Below, piece after piece: positions 63,507 through 64,000 of a stretch of 64,000 nucleotides of DNA. The stretch comes from Hyphomicrobiaceae bacterium. GTDB taxonomy: Bacteria; Pseudomonadota; Alphaproteobacteria; Rhizobiales; Hyphomicrobiaceae. The position numbers and the translations under genes were made by a program. The notes beneath the pieces are model-generated. The model ran no database searches. It saw only the letters and a program-made list of their open reading frames with translations, and was not told the origin of the DNA. The stretch covers positions 14,322 to 78,321 of the forward strand of contig JBFWOB010000030.1 of the NCBI GenBank assembly GCA_050250755.1, given 5' to 3'. Each line of letters starts with the position of its first letter. Position 1 is the first letter of the stretch.

Positions 63507-64000
63507 TTATTTCGGGAGCTTGACGGAGAGTTCATAGGAAAAACCACGCGAACTATAATCGAAGCGCGGCGGTGCGCCCGAGTTGGCCAGGGCGCGCTCG
63601 AGCAAAACAGTGCCGAAGCCTTTCCGCGTTGGAGGCGCGGTGGGTGGACCGCCCTGCTCCTTCCATTTGAAATGAAGGGTTGTTACGTCGGCTCCGACGG
63701 CGACCGTCCAGCCAACAAAGACGCTGCCCTCGTCTCGACTTAAGGCTCCGTGTTTGGCGGAGTTGGTAGCTAGCTCATGCACAATCAGAGCGAAGCCTTG
63801 CGCGAGGGTCGGACTGAGGTGGACCTGAGGGCCATCGACCAGGATCCGATTGCCAAAGCTGTTGGTAATCGCTCTTACGATGTCCATGAGGAAGGCTCCT
63901 CGTCCATCCCCCTCCATCAGTAGGTCCTGTGCTCCGGCGAGTGCGTGCAAACGGGAAATCAAGGCTTCCGAACCGTCGCCCCCATTGCGCAAGCTGGCAC
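63507..64000 (-). CDS. HWE/HisKA_2-type sensor histidine kinase (C-terminal part; gene runs off the window)
   Basis: RLHALAGAQDLL and HELATNSAKHGALS...KWKEQGGP...GFGTVLLERAL match an HWE-type ATPase domain. Confidence 0.7.
   Translation of the reverse strand, partial: ASLRNGGDGSEALISRLHALAGAQDLLMEGDGRGAFLMDIVRAITNSFGNRILVDGPQVHLSPTLAQGFALIVHELATNSAKHGALSRDEGSVFVGWTVAVGADVTTLHFKWKEQGGPPTAPPTRKGFGTVLLERALANSGAPPRFDYSSRGFSYELSVKLPK

Noticed and set aside
1-64000. CRISPR arrays, rRNA genes and long tandem repeats
   Set aside because: I saw no regularly spaced direct repeats and no rRNA-like conserved stretches while reading both strands.

Overview
High-GC accessory region that looks alphaproteobacterial (GAAC-N7-GAAC SOS box, HWE-type histidine kinase). 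After a chromosomal-looking GST gene (28-681), the window is mostly stacked mobile and defence DNA. (1) A ~13.9-kb island (963-14895) is framed by an 18/19-identical direct repeat that looks like a tRNA 3' end. It carries a type I R-M operon (hsdM-hsdS-hsdR plus a TIGR02391/Ymh gene), a serine recombinase, an XRE / Zn-knuckle / minimal family-A-like polymerase operon and a tyrosine integrase. (2) Directly abutting it is a mobilisable element with an AlpA-like excisionase, a zeta-toxin pair, MobC, a relaxase and a TraG/VirD4 coupling protein that lacks TM helices. No mating-pair genes are present. A kinase / vWA / PP2C triad (TerY-P type) is wedged between relaxase and coupling protein. It is followed by a run of small proteins that share acidic-patch + RPRRRxRxM C-terminal tails. 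(3) An IS1111/IS110-type IS with 14-bp subterminal inverted repeats. (4) A Cu/Ag-type HME-RND efflux module plus ArsR, rhodanese, MAPEG and DUF305 genes. (5) An AAA+/S8-protease pair (IetAS-like), an orphan SOS-boxed dnaE2, a 1269-aa SIR2 fusion (DSR-like) and a second tyrosine integrase. (6) Regulatory genes run to the window end, finishing in a partial HWE kinase. I saw no rRNA, intact tRNA or CRISPR array. The most unusual items are the stand-alone minimal PolA-like polymerase operon, the shared Arg-rich C-terminal tails (candidate T4SS translocation signals), the signalling triad translationally coupled to the coupling protein, and the SIR2 giant next to an imuAB-less dnaE2. All functional calls rest on motif recognition by eye; no searches were run.
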